From: Tetramitus jugosus | Taxonomy: Eukaryota; Protista; Heterolobosea | NCBI GenBank assembly: GCA_937625935.1 | Contig: OW569351.1 | Coordinates: 558,001 to 622,000, forward strand | Direction of reading: 5' to 3' | DNA: 64,000 nt | Shown: one piece after another, positions 33,700 through 44,716 of the stretch | Layout of the letters: every line of letters begins with the position of its first letter | Position numbering within the stretch: the first letter of the stretch is position 1 | Translations under genes and position numbers: made by a program | Notes under the pieces: generated by a model | What the model saw: the letters and a program-made list of their open reading frames with translations, nothing else | Told to the model about the DNA's origin: nothing | Database searches by the model: none

Positions 33700-36057
33700 G
33701 TGATAATAATGATGACAAATATGCCATCATCTCCACTCTCCTCTCCAACAACCATGTTAACCATTAAAACAACACTTTTACAGGAGAAACGACGATTTCA
33801 AATACCACTTGCGACACCATCAGATGACAACAATAATCAGATTGACAACAACAACAACAATACGATGTATGATATGATTCGAAAAAAAATTGTTCAACTG
33901 TATCAATTGAACCCTGATTACGACACATTTCTGATACAGTACAAGGACGATGACGATGATGATATAATAGTGACGAGTGACGATGATTTGCATGTTGCGA
34001 TTCGATGCATGAACAGAACATTGACTAAAAAATTGTCGTCATTGGAAAATCAAATGATGGGTAGTAGTAGTGGTAGTGGTAGTGGTAGTAGTGGTGATAT
34101 TGTGCTTCATTTATCAGTGGCAAAAACATTGAATCATCATAGTCAGAGTGCAGTAGATGGTAGCAGTGTTGGTATTGGTGCTATTGTGGATCGCATAGTA
34201 GAAGATCAATCTTCATCTTCTTCGAGTCATGGTGTCAACGTCATTGCTGCTGATACTGCTGATGGTAATGGTGATCCTAGGAATAATCATAATGATGATG
34301 TGAATAAGCGTGGTAATCGATCGTCGAGCAACCTTCTCGGTCGCATCTCGCGTATACTAAAGGATAAGAATCGTAGACGTCGTCATCGTCATCATGGTGG
34401 TAGTAGTAGCAACAATGACAATAATGACGATGAAAATGATAACAATACGGATCATGTGGTGAATGAAGAGGGATTGGATGATAATGGTGACGATGGAGAT
34501 GATGTGGACGATGATGTTGATGATGCAGATTTGGATGATTTGGGTGCTGATTCCGGTACGAGCTTTGATGAAGAGGAAAGCGAGCACAATACGCGGTCTA
34601 TATCGAACGTACTGACAGCTCATACATCGACCGAGTATTTGGAAAATGAGATTACGAGCACGAGTTTCTATTTCCCGCATGCCCTGCAACAGCACCATCA
34701 CCAACAACAACACCGTCAAAACAATAGTGACGTTGTTGTGAGTTCGAAATTGGCTCCCAAGGAGAATCAACAACCCACGACAACAGGCAGAAGTTCTCCT
34801 GTTCCCATGGCTACGTTGCATCCCAGCAACTACCAAGGCATAATACCGCCTACTTCTCCTTCGTCGACTCCACCTCCCCTGGTTCCCTCTCAATACTACA
34901 TCTCCATGTATCAACAACAGAGTAATGGTGGATCGAATATGGTGTATCCTCAGCAGGGATATTATCACGTGCCCTATGGTAATTTGGTTGGTGCTGCGAG
35001 TCATGTTGACTCTCCTCTCCCTAGTCATCCGCATCATCCATACTTTACTCATCCACAAGTGGCTGCTTATCATCTGGGAGCTACAGGCAATACCACAGCC
35101 AACAATCGTTCCTATTCTCCTTCGGCTCAGTTCATGCAACAACAAAATGCAGCACTGGGATTGGTGAGTGCCAGTAGTGGTGATATGGGAGTAGGATCTC
35201 ATCGTATACCATTTCTACACGAATTGCCTCCTGTTCCATCACTAGCTCAAACGATGGCTCTCTATGAGGAACCTATTCCATTGAAACTACAACTTAAATT
35301 ATTGAAATTAGAGTTCCAATTCAAGAGGCAACTTCTGATGAATGAATACAAGCAACAATTTCTGCAATTGAAGCGAGACAATGCGAAACCAAATTCTCGG
35401 CTGGACAAAAAATTGCAGGTTCAGATGACGAATATCAGATTAACTGCCCAAAAGCAGCGACTCTTGATCACGCATCAACAAGAAAAAGTACTCAACAGTT
35501 TCGAAAAGCTGAGGCTAAAGAGAAAAAATGTGGCCGTGGATGACGTAGATTTGTCATCTCGGTTGATGTGGCCCAACAACTTGGAGAAAGTCTATGTTCA
35601 TGGAAATAACATGTTTGCCTTCAATCCGCTGAAGAAGTATGCAAAAAAGGATCGAGACTTTGCCAATAAGATTGTGATTGATCTGTGCTCAGCATTCTTT
35701 GGAGAGATGCAAAATTTGTCTCTAGTGCATGTTGTGTTTGACAACACTGGTCGTGTGGTCGAGACTGTAGATCCAAATCACGCCAATCGATCCTTCACAG
35801 TGAGTAGTGCTGCGTCGCAACAAAAGGATGCCGATGATGTTATTATTGACTTTGCAATGTACAGTAGAAAGAATACGGGAGTTGGCATACCTGAATCTTC
35901 AGTGTTTGTCACCTGCGATAGAGATTTACGACAAGTGTTGAAACAATTTGGATGCAAGTGTATTCATCCACAAAGATTTCTTGAATTTATTTACATCATT
36001 CTGGATGGTCATGACCGGACATTCGATGACTGGTTGACGCAGGATTTTATTCACTAA
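33700..36057 (+). CDS. PB1 domain + C-terminal NYN/YacP-like PIN-fold protein
   Basis: KRRF..IQYKDDDDDDIIVTSDDDL (PB1); VYVHGNNM, VVFD, DADDVII and VFVTCDRDL (YacP-like NYN). Confidence 0.7.
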   Translation: MIIMMTNMPSSPLSSPTTMLTIKTTLLQEKRRFQIPLATPSDDNNNQIDNNNNNTMYDMIRKKIVQLYQLNPDYDTFLIQYKDDDDDDIIVTSDDDLHVAIRCMNRTLTKKLSSLENQMMGSSSGSGSGSSGDIVLHLSVAKTLNHHSQSAVDGSSVGIGAIVDRIVEDQSSSSSSHGVNVIAADTADGNGDPRNNHNDDVNKRGNRSSSNLLGRISRILKDKNRRRRHRHHGGSSSNNDNNDDENDNNTDHVVNEEGLDDNGDDGDDVDDDVDDADLDDLGADSGTSFDEEESEHNTRSISNVLTAHTSTEYLENEITSTSFYFPHALQQHHHQQQHRQNNSDVVVSSKLAPKENQQPTTTGRSSPVPMATLHPSNYQGIIPPTSPSSTPPPLVPSQYYISMYQQQSNGGSNMVYPQQGYYHVPYGNLVGAASHVDSPLPSHPHHPYFTHPQVAAYHLGATGNTTANNRSYSPSAQFMQQQNAALGLVSASSGDMGVGSHRIPFLHELPPVPSLAQTMALYEEPIPLKLQLKLLKLEFQFKRQLLMNEYKQQFLQLKRDNAKPNSRLDKKLQVQMTNIRLTAQKQRLLITHQQEKVLNSFEKLRLKRKNVAVDDVDLSSRLMWPNNLEKVYVHGNNMFAFNPLKKYAKKDRDFANKIVIDLCSAFFGEMQNLSLVHVVFDNTGRVVETVDPNHANRSFTVSSAASQQKDADDVIIDFAMYSRKNTGVGIPESSVFVTCDRDLRQVLKQFGCKCIHPQRFLEFIYIILDGHDRTFDDWLTQDFIH

Positions 36058-36063
36058 ATTAAA

Positions 36064-39000
36064 TCAAAACGTGCATACTGGAACAAACAGCTTGCTCAAA
36101 TCAGATCCAATCTTTTGCTCATTAGTTTCTCTTTCCTTTTCATCTATTGGTGCGTTGGCACTTGAAGCCACAGAATCAACCATCCGTGCCAATGGGGAAG
36201 TGAGCAGAGGTCCCGATAACTTTTGAATGACATCTTCAGCTAATTTGGAGAGCAATGAAAAGTCATACTGTCGCACATACTCTTCTGCTGTGTCTTGTGA
36301 TGGAACAAGACAATCTTGGCAATGAGCTTCTGCCATCTTGGCTGCTTGAAGCTCAAGCAACATTGTGAGTCGTTTGGGTCGAAGAGCACCGATCGCTTTC
36401 TTGCAAACGTATTCTCTGAGTTGATCCATCGATTTATGGGCGATCGGATTTTCAGGATCGAATCCAGGCAATCGTCTGTAGTTGACCAGTTTTTCCACAA
36501 TGCGTGGAAGAAGCTCGTCCTTGAACCGAACTAGTCTCGCTGCCAAGTCTAACAGATCTTCTTCTCCATAGGGGCCAGTGATTGAGGACTCAATCTGCTC
36601 CAGATGGTTAGGTTTGGCGATTCCCTTGAGTTTGAGAGCAGTGAGCACTGTCTGCGTCTTTTGTGTTTGGCTGTTCTGCTGCTGAGACATGCTCTTTCGT
36701 GTTTGTTTCACTACTTCGATATGAAATCCATTTTGCTTGAGAATCGCGTCAAAACATGGAGCTACAAGGGCATGCAATATTTTCTGATTCTGCTTGAATT
36801 TGGGTATCGCTAGGAGATTGACTGGATTGTCCAGCGGAACAATATTCGTTTCATAATTAGCATTATACTTGAGTGTGTTAAGTTGGACTAGTCGGTCAGA
36901 CTCGAACACTGACATGATGAGTATCGTACAATCAGCAGTTCGATATCTGTCCGATTTTTTAGATCCACTACTAGCTCGCTTATTCATCTTGAGTAAGATA
37001 GGAGCGAATGCAAAGTCTAGAGGAGTTTCATACGGAGAAGGTCCCAGTACCGAGACACGGGATAGATCTGATCTTCTTATTGTCCAATTTTTGTCTTCGA
37101 AGCACTTGAAAAATTTTGTGCTCATGGGAGGCAAGGTGTTCCTCATTTTTAAGTCCATAAACTTTGTACAAACGTCGTCAGTATTCAATTTGGCAACTAC
37201 CACGGCCGTGTCACTCTCTTGTTCATTGCTCGTAATGAGCCTCTGCTTTTTGGCACCAGAAGATAGATCGAGTATCTGAATCTCACTTTCCTGTTTTCTC
37301 TTACGTTTTTGGGTTGTTTTTGTTGCAGCAGAGAGAGACACACTTCGAGCTTTTTGCTTTTGAGAGTCCGAGCCAAAGAATTCTATGATGGATCTATTAG
37401 TCGGTACTTCGTCTTCCTCACTATCTTCGTCGTCAATCTCCATGCTCTTCCTTGGATGAGGAGGATTATACTTGCTAGCTGCAAAAAATGTAGCATCCTG
37501 TGTCGTTGAATGAACTGGATTGGCATCATTGGCAGGAGGTGATACTCTTTTGTTCGTTAGATTGAGAGGAGGAGAGCGAGAAGGAGTAAGGTTGTTGTCT
37601 TCAATTTCTGCACGATCTTCAAAGTCAGCTTTGCTGCTCGATGATTTGCGGTAGTGATGCTGGAATTGTATCGGTTCCATTCGTTCTAGTACTCCTTCAC
37701 TATTACGAAGCACAGGAATTGAACCTTTGTTCGGTGAAATTTCTCTAGATGCCGGTACAATCTTTGCCACGATGGGAGATCTACTAGCAGGTGTCGTTTG
37801 CTCTACCGACGTCTTTGAGTTCAGTAAAAGCTCAATCTGAGTCGCGAGAGGAGCTCTCTGGGTATTACTTGATGCTAAAAGCACATCCATAGCTGTGGAA
37901 GTGCTGCAATTGGCTTGTCTCGCTCGATCTTCTTGAATTATACTGACGGTTTCGGGTGATACTTGAGTGGATTTTACAGGCTTCAACAACTCAAGAATAT
38001 CTCTTATGATTCTAATGATTTGAGTCTCCTGAGTGAATCGAACCTCTCGTTTGTTGGGAGCAAGGAAAATATCCACATGCTCATTCAAGGATTCAACAGA
38101 TTCATACTCGATACAACAGATACCCAGGAACAGAATGGATGATATTTCCCTATAAAAGTTCTTCAGGGCAACCTTGATTCCAAAGTGGTCAATAGGTCGA
38201 CCATTAAGAAAGATAAACAACTTGGTTTTCTTGGGTGTGTTGGGTAGGAGATCACCATTGTTCATTTTTGGTACATGCAATGCAATCTTAAACGCCACTC
38301 TCTTTGCCAATAAGTTATCTTCAGGTAGGCTATCAGAAGTGAGCATCACCATTTGAGGGAGGAGTTGTCGCGAGAATACGTTGCAAATGGCCTCACCCAT
38401 ATTGCTATGCTTTTGCTTTACGTACAATGGAGATGGATCTTGCTTATTCTTAACAGTGATAATCGTACTACAATTCATTGGAGAAAGACAATACTCATGT
38501 ATGACATCCATCATCGCATTAAACTCTTTTTGTAAATCATCGAGAAGTCTCTTTCTTCGAACGGGCAATCCCCGACCAAATATATTCCGTACAACTACGG
38601 TTGTGCCTCTCACACAACTAATTTTTTGCTCGTTGATAATGTTTCCATCGGAATCGAACACGACCTTTGTACCCAAATCATCATTCTCAGTCTTCGTAAT
38701 GAGATGCACCTCTTCACAATTGGTACATAGGGAATGCATGGCTTCTCCTCTGAATCCCAATGAACAAGAAAGATCTTCTCCGCTATCATTATCATCACTT
38801 GTGCTTGGTTGATCCTCATGATGACTACTCGACAACACAAACATGGACTCGTACTTTGAAGTATAAAATCGCTTAGCCACAAATGGTAAGTCCTCATATT
38901 TGATACCTGTACCATCATCTCTCACTGTGATACTATCATAACCTTGTCTCTCCAATGTGATATCAACTCGTGTCGGTTTGGCATCTAAACTGTTCTCCAA

Positions 39001-39111
39001 TAGTTCTTTGACGCATGTGGCCAATGAGTTGATTGTGAAACCGGAGCGGATTTGTTTAGATACCTGATCAGGCAACAGGACAATCTTACCAGAAGGTATT
39101 GTTGTTGACAT
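36064..39111 (-). CDS. MutL-family mismatch repair ATPase (PMS1-like)
   Basis: VKELLENSLDA, VRDDGTGI, TSK, GFRGEA, GTTVVV, LPVR and FLNGRP. Confidence 0.88.
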   Translation of the reverse strand: MSTTIPSGKIVLLPDQVSKQIRSGFTINSLATCVKELLENSLDAKPTRVDITLERQGYDSITVRDDGTGIKYEDLPFVAKRFYTSKYESMFVLSSSHHEDQPSTSDDNDSGEDLSCSLGFRGEAMHSLCTNCEEVHLITKTENDDLGTKVVFDSDGNIINEQKISCVRGTTVVVRNIFGRGLPVRRKRLLDDLQKEFNAMMDVIHEYCLSPMNCSTIITVKNKQDPSPLYVKQKHSNMGEAICNVFSRQLLPQMVMLTSDSLPEDNLLAKRVAFKIALHVPKMNNGDLLPNTPKKTKLFIFLNGRPIDHFGIKVALKNFYREISSILFLGICCIEYESVESLNEHVDIFLAPNKREVRFTQETQIIRIIRDILELLKPVKSTQVSPETVSIIQEDRARQANCSTSTAMDVLLASSNTQRAPLATQIELLLNSKTSVEQTTPASRSPIVAKIVPASREISPNKGSIPVLRNSEGVLERMEPIQFQHHYRKSSSSKADFEDRAEIEDNNLTPSRSPPLNLTNKRVSPPANDANPVHSTTQDATFFAASKYNPPHPRKSMEIDDEDSEEDEVPTNRSIIEFFGSDSQKQKARSVSLSAATKTTQKRKRKQESEIQILDLSSGAKKQRLITSNEQESDTAVVVAKLNTDDVCTKFMDLKMRNTLPPMSTKFFKCFEDKNWTIRRSDLSRVSVLGPSPYETPLDFAFAPILLKMNKRASSGSKKSDRYRTADCTILIMSVFESDRLVQLNTLKYNANYETNIVPLDNPVNLLAIPKFKQNQKILHALVAPCFDAILKQNGFHIEVVKQTRKSMSQQQNSQTQKTQTVLTALKLKGIAKPNHLEQIESSITGPYGEEDLLDLAARLVRFKDELLPRIVEKLVNYRRLPGFDPENPIAHKSMDQLREYVCKKAIGALRPKRLTMLLELQAAKMAEAHCQDCLVPSQDTAEEYVRQYDFSLLSKLAEDVIQKLSGPLLTSPLARMVDSVASSANAPIDEKERETNEQKIGSDLSKLFVPVCTF

Positions 39112-39242
39112 GTTGTTGGATTTTTGGTGCTTTGTTTTGTTTTCGATTTTGGATCGAATTCCAGAAAAACCAGGACCTTTTTATTGAGCGCTGTGGTAAA
39201 TTCCAAGAAAAACGAGCAGCGAGTGAATCCGGTCAGCGAGTT

Positions 39243-41603
39243 TTATTTAAATGATAACCTTGTGACAGGAAGGTTGAGTAAAATGTTCAATGACAATGAG
39301 TAGCCTCTTGCTTCGTGAGCGATTTGATTCGAGCCAATGGATGGGAGAATCACTTTTGTGACAAAACTCCACAAATCAACCTTTGTTCCAGTGTAATCCT
39401 TTCTCCAAAGAAGGTGGTCTCGAATACATGGCTCAACAAGTGGTAACAAGTCTGACACACCTACCGAATCAGAAGATACAATCGCACAATTATCCATCAC
39501 AACCCGCTCAACATCTGGAAATAATAATAATATCATGAGCCACATGCCCAAATCCATGTGCAGATTGTGAAACTCGAGCCTTCTCACGGATTCACTGACA
39601 TAAAATTGATCGTACGACCGTAATTTTAAGTCATCCAAACTATCCAGATAAACTTCTTTCAAACCCCTGCAATATGATAGCGCAATTGCGAGAACAGTGA
39701 GACCATCAGGTCCACTATTCTCTATTCGCAGTTGCTTTAGCATGGGGCAACTGTGATAGTTCGGTTCCAAATAGTATGGAACCTTCATTTTCGAACACTC
39801 AGAAATGCTATCCAAATGCAAGTATTCTAGACCAGAAAATACATCCAATAAACCACTAAACTGCCGATAATTACAGAACTGGATGTCATCGATCCTTAAC
39901 AATTTACAACTACTCATACAACCCGATTCATAAACAAGAGATGTCTCCTGAGAGTGAACTTCGAGCACCAATTTTTCAATTCTGAAATGCAGAGCATTAG
40001 CTACTAAGGATCTTACTATTTGATTGGTGCACACCACTGGTACCTGTAGACTATTGACTTCGGAGCAGATACTGTGTTGAAATAGGGAATCGAGTAAAAT
40101 GTCACTAGCAAAGTACTCATCGCTTATGGTTATTTCTTTGAGAGGAGCAACTTGCACGTATTGTAAGAAGAAGATTAAACTATTAATATCCATCTGTAGC
40201 TTATTCAATCTCTCATATTGATTGTATCTATCGAACATTTGATCGTCTGATTGTTCGTGTAAAGTCTGTATAAACTCATCAAATATAAAATCTGAATTTT
40301 CGTAGCATAGTGATTCAATGTGGAGATACTTTGCGAATTGTAAGATGCATATTGGTGTGGTAGATGGACATTGCACAATGGACACAGATTGCAATGTCGC
40401 TGTATAACCTCTCTCTGTGCCAGTCCAAAAATGTTGATCAGTTATTGATCTACAATTCATTAGCTGAAGTGTCTCTAGTGCTGTACTCGATAATAGACTC
40501 TGCAAATCATCACCAGATAACATTAATTCATTTGACTCATAAAACTTAAATCTTCGCAATTTCAATTTGGATCGCTCAATCAATTGAGACACAAAGCATG
40601 TTTGAATGTGACGCCTCGCGCTTTGTACTCTTATTAAACATAAACTCTCTAGATTCTCCAGACCAAACTCGGAAAATTGAACCTCTCTCAGATCATTACT
40701 CATAACGATCACATCGCACAACTCCAACGTCCTCAACGATCTACAATAATTTAATAGAGACACGAGCCAGGGATGAGATATGGAGACCGATTTGAAAGAT
40801 AGTGTTGTTATATTGGTGCTAGGGTAACAAAACTGCAGTATTTGATAACTTAGATCAATCTTGCACTTTGAACTGACACTCTGTACAATACGAAGATGAT
40901 TGAACTTGCAAACTTCGTGAATATTCGTCCTTTCAGCCATGATTGAAATTTGATAGGGAGATATGTGCAATACTGAGCTTCTCCACAAGATGGAACTGTA
41001 GAGAGCTTCATGAAAAGATTGACAAACGAGACCCAATTGACAAAATAATTCATTCTGTAAGTGGATCATGCCTTGATAATCATATGACTCCTCTTCTATT
41101 GATGATAACTCATATGAAGAGGAATAGCTGTTTTCTCTGTAGAGACGTTCCTTGTTCATATCGTCTATAAGATCAGAGTTGTCACCACAGTACAAATCAT
41201 TGAAATCATGATCATTGTCATCGTCACGATGATACCAAGACTTTTCCGTGTTTACAAAGAAGGAATAAATGACTTGAATCAGCTCTATCGGTAGTTGACT
41301 AAGCGACATGGGAGGAGTTTGCGAAGATGGGATCATAATCATGGAACGCTTGGTTGGACGACACGTACCACCACCTGTTGTTGAAACGAGCCACAATTTG
41401 TCCTCTATTGTTGTAGTTTCCAACTGTGTTTCCCCTCCAACTGAGACACAGGTCGTCAGCATTTGTTGTTGCTGTTGTCGGTGATTATGACAGTGCTGTT
41501 TTTTAGTAGTATCCTCTTCAGTCTCCCAAACACCATACCCGCTCTTGCTCATTGCATGCGATCGTCTTCCTCGAGATATCGGTTGTTTTCTCTTTCGAAA
41601 CAT
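39243..41603 (-). CDS. F-box/LRR-like protein
   Basis: LSQLPIELIQVIYSF..LGLVCQSF..LW followed by LxxLxL repeats. Start uncertain. Confidence 0.7.
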   Translation of the reverse strand: MFRKRKQPISRGRRSHAMSKSGYGVWETEEDTTKKQHCHNHRQQQQQMLTTCVSVGGETQLETTTIEDKLWLVSTTGGGTCRPTKRSMIMIPSSQTPPMSLSQLPIELIQVIYSFFVNTEKSWYHRDDDNDHDFNDLYCGDNSDLIDDMNKERLYRENSYSSSYELSSIEEESYDYQGMIHLQNELFCQLGLVCQSFHEALYSSILWRSSVLHISPYQISIMAERTNIHEVCKFNHLRIVQSVSSKCKIDLSYQILQFCYPSTNITTLSFKSVSISHPWLVSLLNYCRSLRTLELCDVIVMSNDLREVQFSEFGLENLESLCLIRVQSARRHIQTCFVSQLIERSKLKLRRFKFYESNELMLSGDDLQSLLSSTALETLQLMNCRSITDQHFWTGTERGYTATLQSVSIVQCPSTTPICILQFAKYLHIESLCYENSDFIFDEFIQTLHEQSDDQMFDRYNQYERLNKLQMDINSLIFFLQYVQVAPLKEITISDEYFASDILLDSLFQHSICSEVNSLQVPVVCTNQIVRSLVANALHFRIEKLVLEVHSQETSLVYESGCMSSCKLLRIDDIQFCNYRQFSGLLDVFSGLEYLHLDSISECSKMKVPYYLEPNYHSCPMLKQLRIENSGPDGLTVLAIALSYCRGLKEVYLDSLDDLKLRSYDQFYVSESVRRLEFHNLHMDLGMWLMILLLFPDVERVVMDNCAIVSSDSVGVSDLLPLVEPCIRDHLLWRKDYTGTKVDLWSFVTKVILPSIGSNQIAHEARGYSLSLNILLNLPVTRLSFK

Positions 41604-41796
41604 AACCAAACGACGAATGTGTGTGGAGGGTGAAACGAACGTTCGCTGATGTGCTTTGAGTTTTCGAATTGGGGCGCAATCCAATTTTAATTTACCAAAG
41701 GAGAGCAGCCCAAAAATTCCTCCGCTTCACGACGTCAACAACGTTTGCCAATTGTGAAAAAAATTGCGCGTTTATTCATTTGATTCTTTCGGTGCG

Positions 41797-43266
41797 ATGC
41801 TGTTTTGGGTTCAACTTTGTGTGCTTGTCGTCTTCTTCCTAGGAGTGTCGCCAACGAATTGGTACTCCTCCACCGTGCATGGATACCGCTCTCGAACGCC
41901 AGTCGTTAGAGAAGCATCAACAAACACTTCCAGTTTGTTTTGTGGTGGAATTGTGCGGATTAACATGAGAGAGCTCAACTATGTGTTTGATGGTCAATTT
42001 TCATCATTGGCAAAAATGATTTCTCCAGCTTCGCTCGACACTGATCAACAATTGCATTCGCTCATTCGATCAGAAATTGAACGAATTGAATTCCTCACCA
42101 CCAAGAATGATGATTCCAGTGGTGGAGATGATGGACAGTGCGCAATACATGCAAGAGCTTTATCTCTTCCGAATTCACTGATCGAACAACAATATGTCCT
42201 AATGATGACATCAGATCAGAGTGATCCATTGGTTATGAGCATGTGGGATCATCGTACAAGATCTTTTTCACAGGAGCCTGTTGTCATGGGAATGAACTAT
42301 CACATATCTGCACTCAACCATTCTCATGAACTAGTGGTACAACGAACATTGAATAATGAACTATTTGTCACGCAGCATATTGTGCATAAGGATCAATTAC
42401 GCATGGAGGAGTCATGCTTTGGACATGCACGTCGTTCTGTTAAAGTTCGATTTATGAGCATGAATATTCAAAATTTTTTCAAGAGTTGGAGGATCAGAAG
42501 TAGAATGATTAGAAATATTGTAGAGAGTAACAACTCTCCCCGAGTGGATGTCATTGGAATTCAAGAGGTTCGCCTAGATGAGTCTCGCTTGTTTGACAAG
42601 CATCAGATGGATCTCCTGAAGAAAGAATTGCGCGATCTTGGCTTTTATCATTATGTATTTCAACCAGCAATGAGCTATATTAGTAGTAGACCATTCAATG
42701 GAGTACATCGGCATGAAGAGGGACTGGCAATCTTTTCTCGATACGAGATTTTATCTACAGACACGCTTTTACTCGCTCGTAACCTATCAGACCATCTATC
42801 ACATCAAAGAGTAGCTCTTAGAGCCCGCATACGTATATACAATGGTTTGGATATTGATTTTATTACGACTCACTCCTCTCTAAGTGAATCGGAGCGTGAC
42901 ATTAATGTCAATGATGTCGAGAATCATTTTAATACTTTTGGGCTTGTTCCTCAGGTGATTGTAGGGGATTTTAACGCAGAACCATTTGAACAAAGTGTCA
43001 AATCCATGTTATCACACAAAATGAAATGGAAAGATAGTTATATTGAGGCAGTTGATCGTGGACAAACCGTGTTCAACAAAACATTCAGTATTGACACGAA
43101 GTATGATAAGAGAATTGATTACATCATGCACAGAGGCTCAAATAGCGTGGAAACAAAAGGTACCAACTACAATGTATTGCATGAGAAGCTCGATATGGGC
43201 CACAGCATCCTAAATATGAGTGATCACTACTTTATCCTGTCAGACATTGAATTTTCCGAATCGTAG
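41797..43266 (+). CDS. Secreted endonuclease/exonuclease/phosphatase (EEP) family protein
   Basis: Signal/TM N-terminus; SMNI, IGIQEV, GLAIFSRY, GDFNA, RIDYI and SDH. Confidence 0.88.
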   Translation: MLFWVQLCVLVVFFLGVSPTNWYSSTVHGYRSRTPVVREASTNTSSLFCGGIVRINMRELNYVFDGQFSSLAKMISPASLDTDQQLHSLIRSEIERIEFLTTKNDDSSGGDDGQCAIHARALSLPNSLIEQQYVLMMTSDQSDPLVMSMWDHRTRSFSQEPVVMGMNYHISALNHSHELVVQRTLNNELFVTQHIVHKDQLRMEESCFGHARRSVKVRFMSMNIQNFFKSWRIRSRMIRNIVESNNSPRVDVIGIQEVRLDESRLFDKHQMDLLKKELRDLGFYHYVFQPAMSYISSRPFNGVHRHEEGLAIFSRYEILSTDTLLLARNLSDHLSHQRVALRARIRIYNGLDIDFITTHSSLSESERDINVNDVENHFNTFGLVPQVIVGDFNAEPFEQSVKSMLSHKMKWKDSYIEAVDRGQTVFNKTFSIDTKYDKRIDYIMHRGSNSVETKGTNYNVLHEKLDMGHSILNMSDHYFILSDIEFSES

Positions 43267-43342
43267 TGCGGAGTATTCACAATTTATGACGGGTGACGTC
43301 GTGTCACTGGAATCCAAAACACAAAAAGCACACTGAACAAAT

Positions 43343-44692
43343 ATGACAACACGCAACGACGATGGAGATGACAGCAAAATGTATGGTTCTCTGACTAGAG
43401 ACCAAAAGAAGGAAGCTGATGCAAAGTTATTGGCCAGATTAAAGGGCATGGGTTTCATCGGCAAGAAACCAGCAGCACCCGTGACTCGCTCCGATCACTC
43501 ATGGCTCAAGAAGGATGACACAGCAACGACGACAAGTTCTTTCACCACTACCACCACCACCAATAATACCATACCGACAAGTAGTAGTAGCAGTAGTTCT
43601 ATCAGTCAAGGACGCCGCAACACTGTGATGGGCACGAGTAGCAGTAGCAGTAGTAGTCAATTCATGAAACCGAGCAACACAACAACTACGACAACAACAA
43701 CCGGTAGCAACAGAAACAGTACTCCATATAACAGCACCATTACCGGTGCAGGAGTAGTCAATAAGGAGAGATCTGCCTCTGTGCGACTGTCAAGTACAAG
43801 TGTCGCCTCATTTAATAATACTGTCAATCAAGCAAAACCAACAACGAGTACACTCGGCAACTCTTCATCGCTCACTAAAACCATTGAACCGAGTACAAGT
43901 CCTGTATCAAGTAACAGACATAGTGTTGGTAGTACTTACAAGACCATGGGCTCAACAACAACTACTACTACACCGGCATCATATGTTAGAAATAGCACTA
44001 CTACCTCTCAGAGTAGTGTAACTCCCTCCTCGATATCGAGTACATCTTCTTCACCTTACTCTAGCACCAAATTTGGTGCAAAGCAATCAAGTGTTGAAAC
44101 TGCACCTAAACCTCAGTTGACTGCAACTGACAATACAACCAGTGTAAAAATCAACACCTATACGACACCATCAGACACCAACTCGACAAGCAATGTAATT
44201 GTGTTGAACACAGCTCCACCCTCGGACAATCCAAACAGCAAATATACTGCTGAAATTGTTGCCAAGGTCTATTTGGGCAATGTTTCCGTAGCTAATGATG
44301 TTCAATTATTGAAAGGCATGTCCATTTCAGATGTAATAGTCCTGGGCAAAATTCCATCTCTCGTGCAACATGCTGGACTCAATTACACTCGCTTTGAACA
44401 AGCTGAAGATAGCACCGATTTTGAACTATTTGATCTATTTGATGATATTGCGGACGCCATTCGTGCTGTTACCAAGAAGAGAAGAAGTAGAGTGATAGTT
44501 GTTGACTCGTCCGGTATATCAATGAGTCCTGCAGCCTTGATGGCATATTTGATGAGAGAACACGAACAAACCTTAAAGCAAGCAACTGCCACTGTGCAGA
44601 GTAAGCTGAACTTTGCACAACCAAACTCTAGTTTTTTGGAACAACTTCTTGATTATGATCTGGAGCTACAAGATGAAAGAAATGGAAAGTGA
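43343..44692 (+). CDS. Dual-specificity phosphatase-fold protein, probably catalytically dead
   Basis: VYLG, AYLM and QPNSSFLEQL motifs; the active-site loop reads VDSSGISMS instead of HCxxGxSRS. Confidence 0.8.
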   Translation: MTTRNDDGDDSKMYGSLTRDQKKEADAKLLARLKGMGFIGKKPAAPVTRSDHSWLKKDDTATTTSSFTTTTTTNNTIPTSSSSSSSISQGRRNTVMGTSSSSSSSQFMKPSNTTTTTTTTGSNRNSTPYNSTITGAGVVNKERSASVRLSSTSVASFNNTVNQAKPTTSTLGNSSSLTKTIEPSTSPVSSNRHSVGSTYKTMGSTTTTTTPASYVRNSTTTSQSSVTPSSISSTSSSPYSSTKFGAKQSSVETAPKPQLTATDNTTSVKINTYTTPSDTNSTSNVIVLNTAPPSDNPNSKYTAEIVAKVYLGNVSVANDVQLLKGMSISDVIVLGKIPSLVQHAGLNYTRFEQAEDSTDFELFDLFDDIADAIRAVTKKRRSRVIVVDSSGISMSPAALMAYLMREHEQTLKQATATVQSKLNFAQPNSSFLEQLLDYDLELQDERNGK

Positions 44693-44716
44693 GGATCATC
44701 ATACATATAAAATGAT

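Noticed and set aside
34357-35202. 281-aa antisense ORF
   Set aside because: Shadow of a low-complexity region of the PB1-NYN gene.
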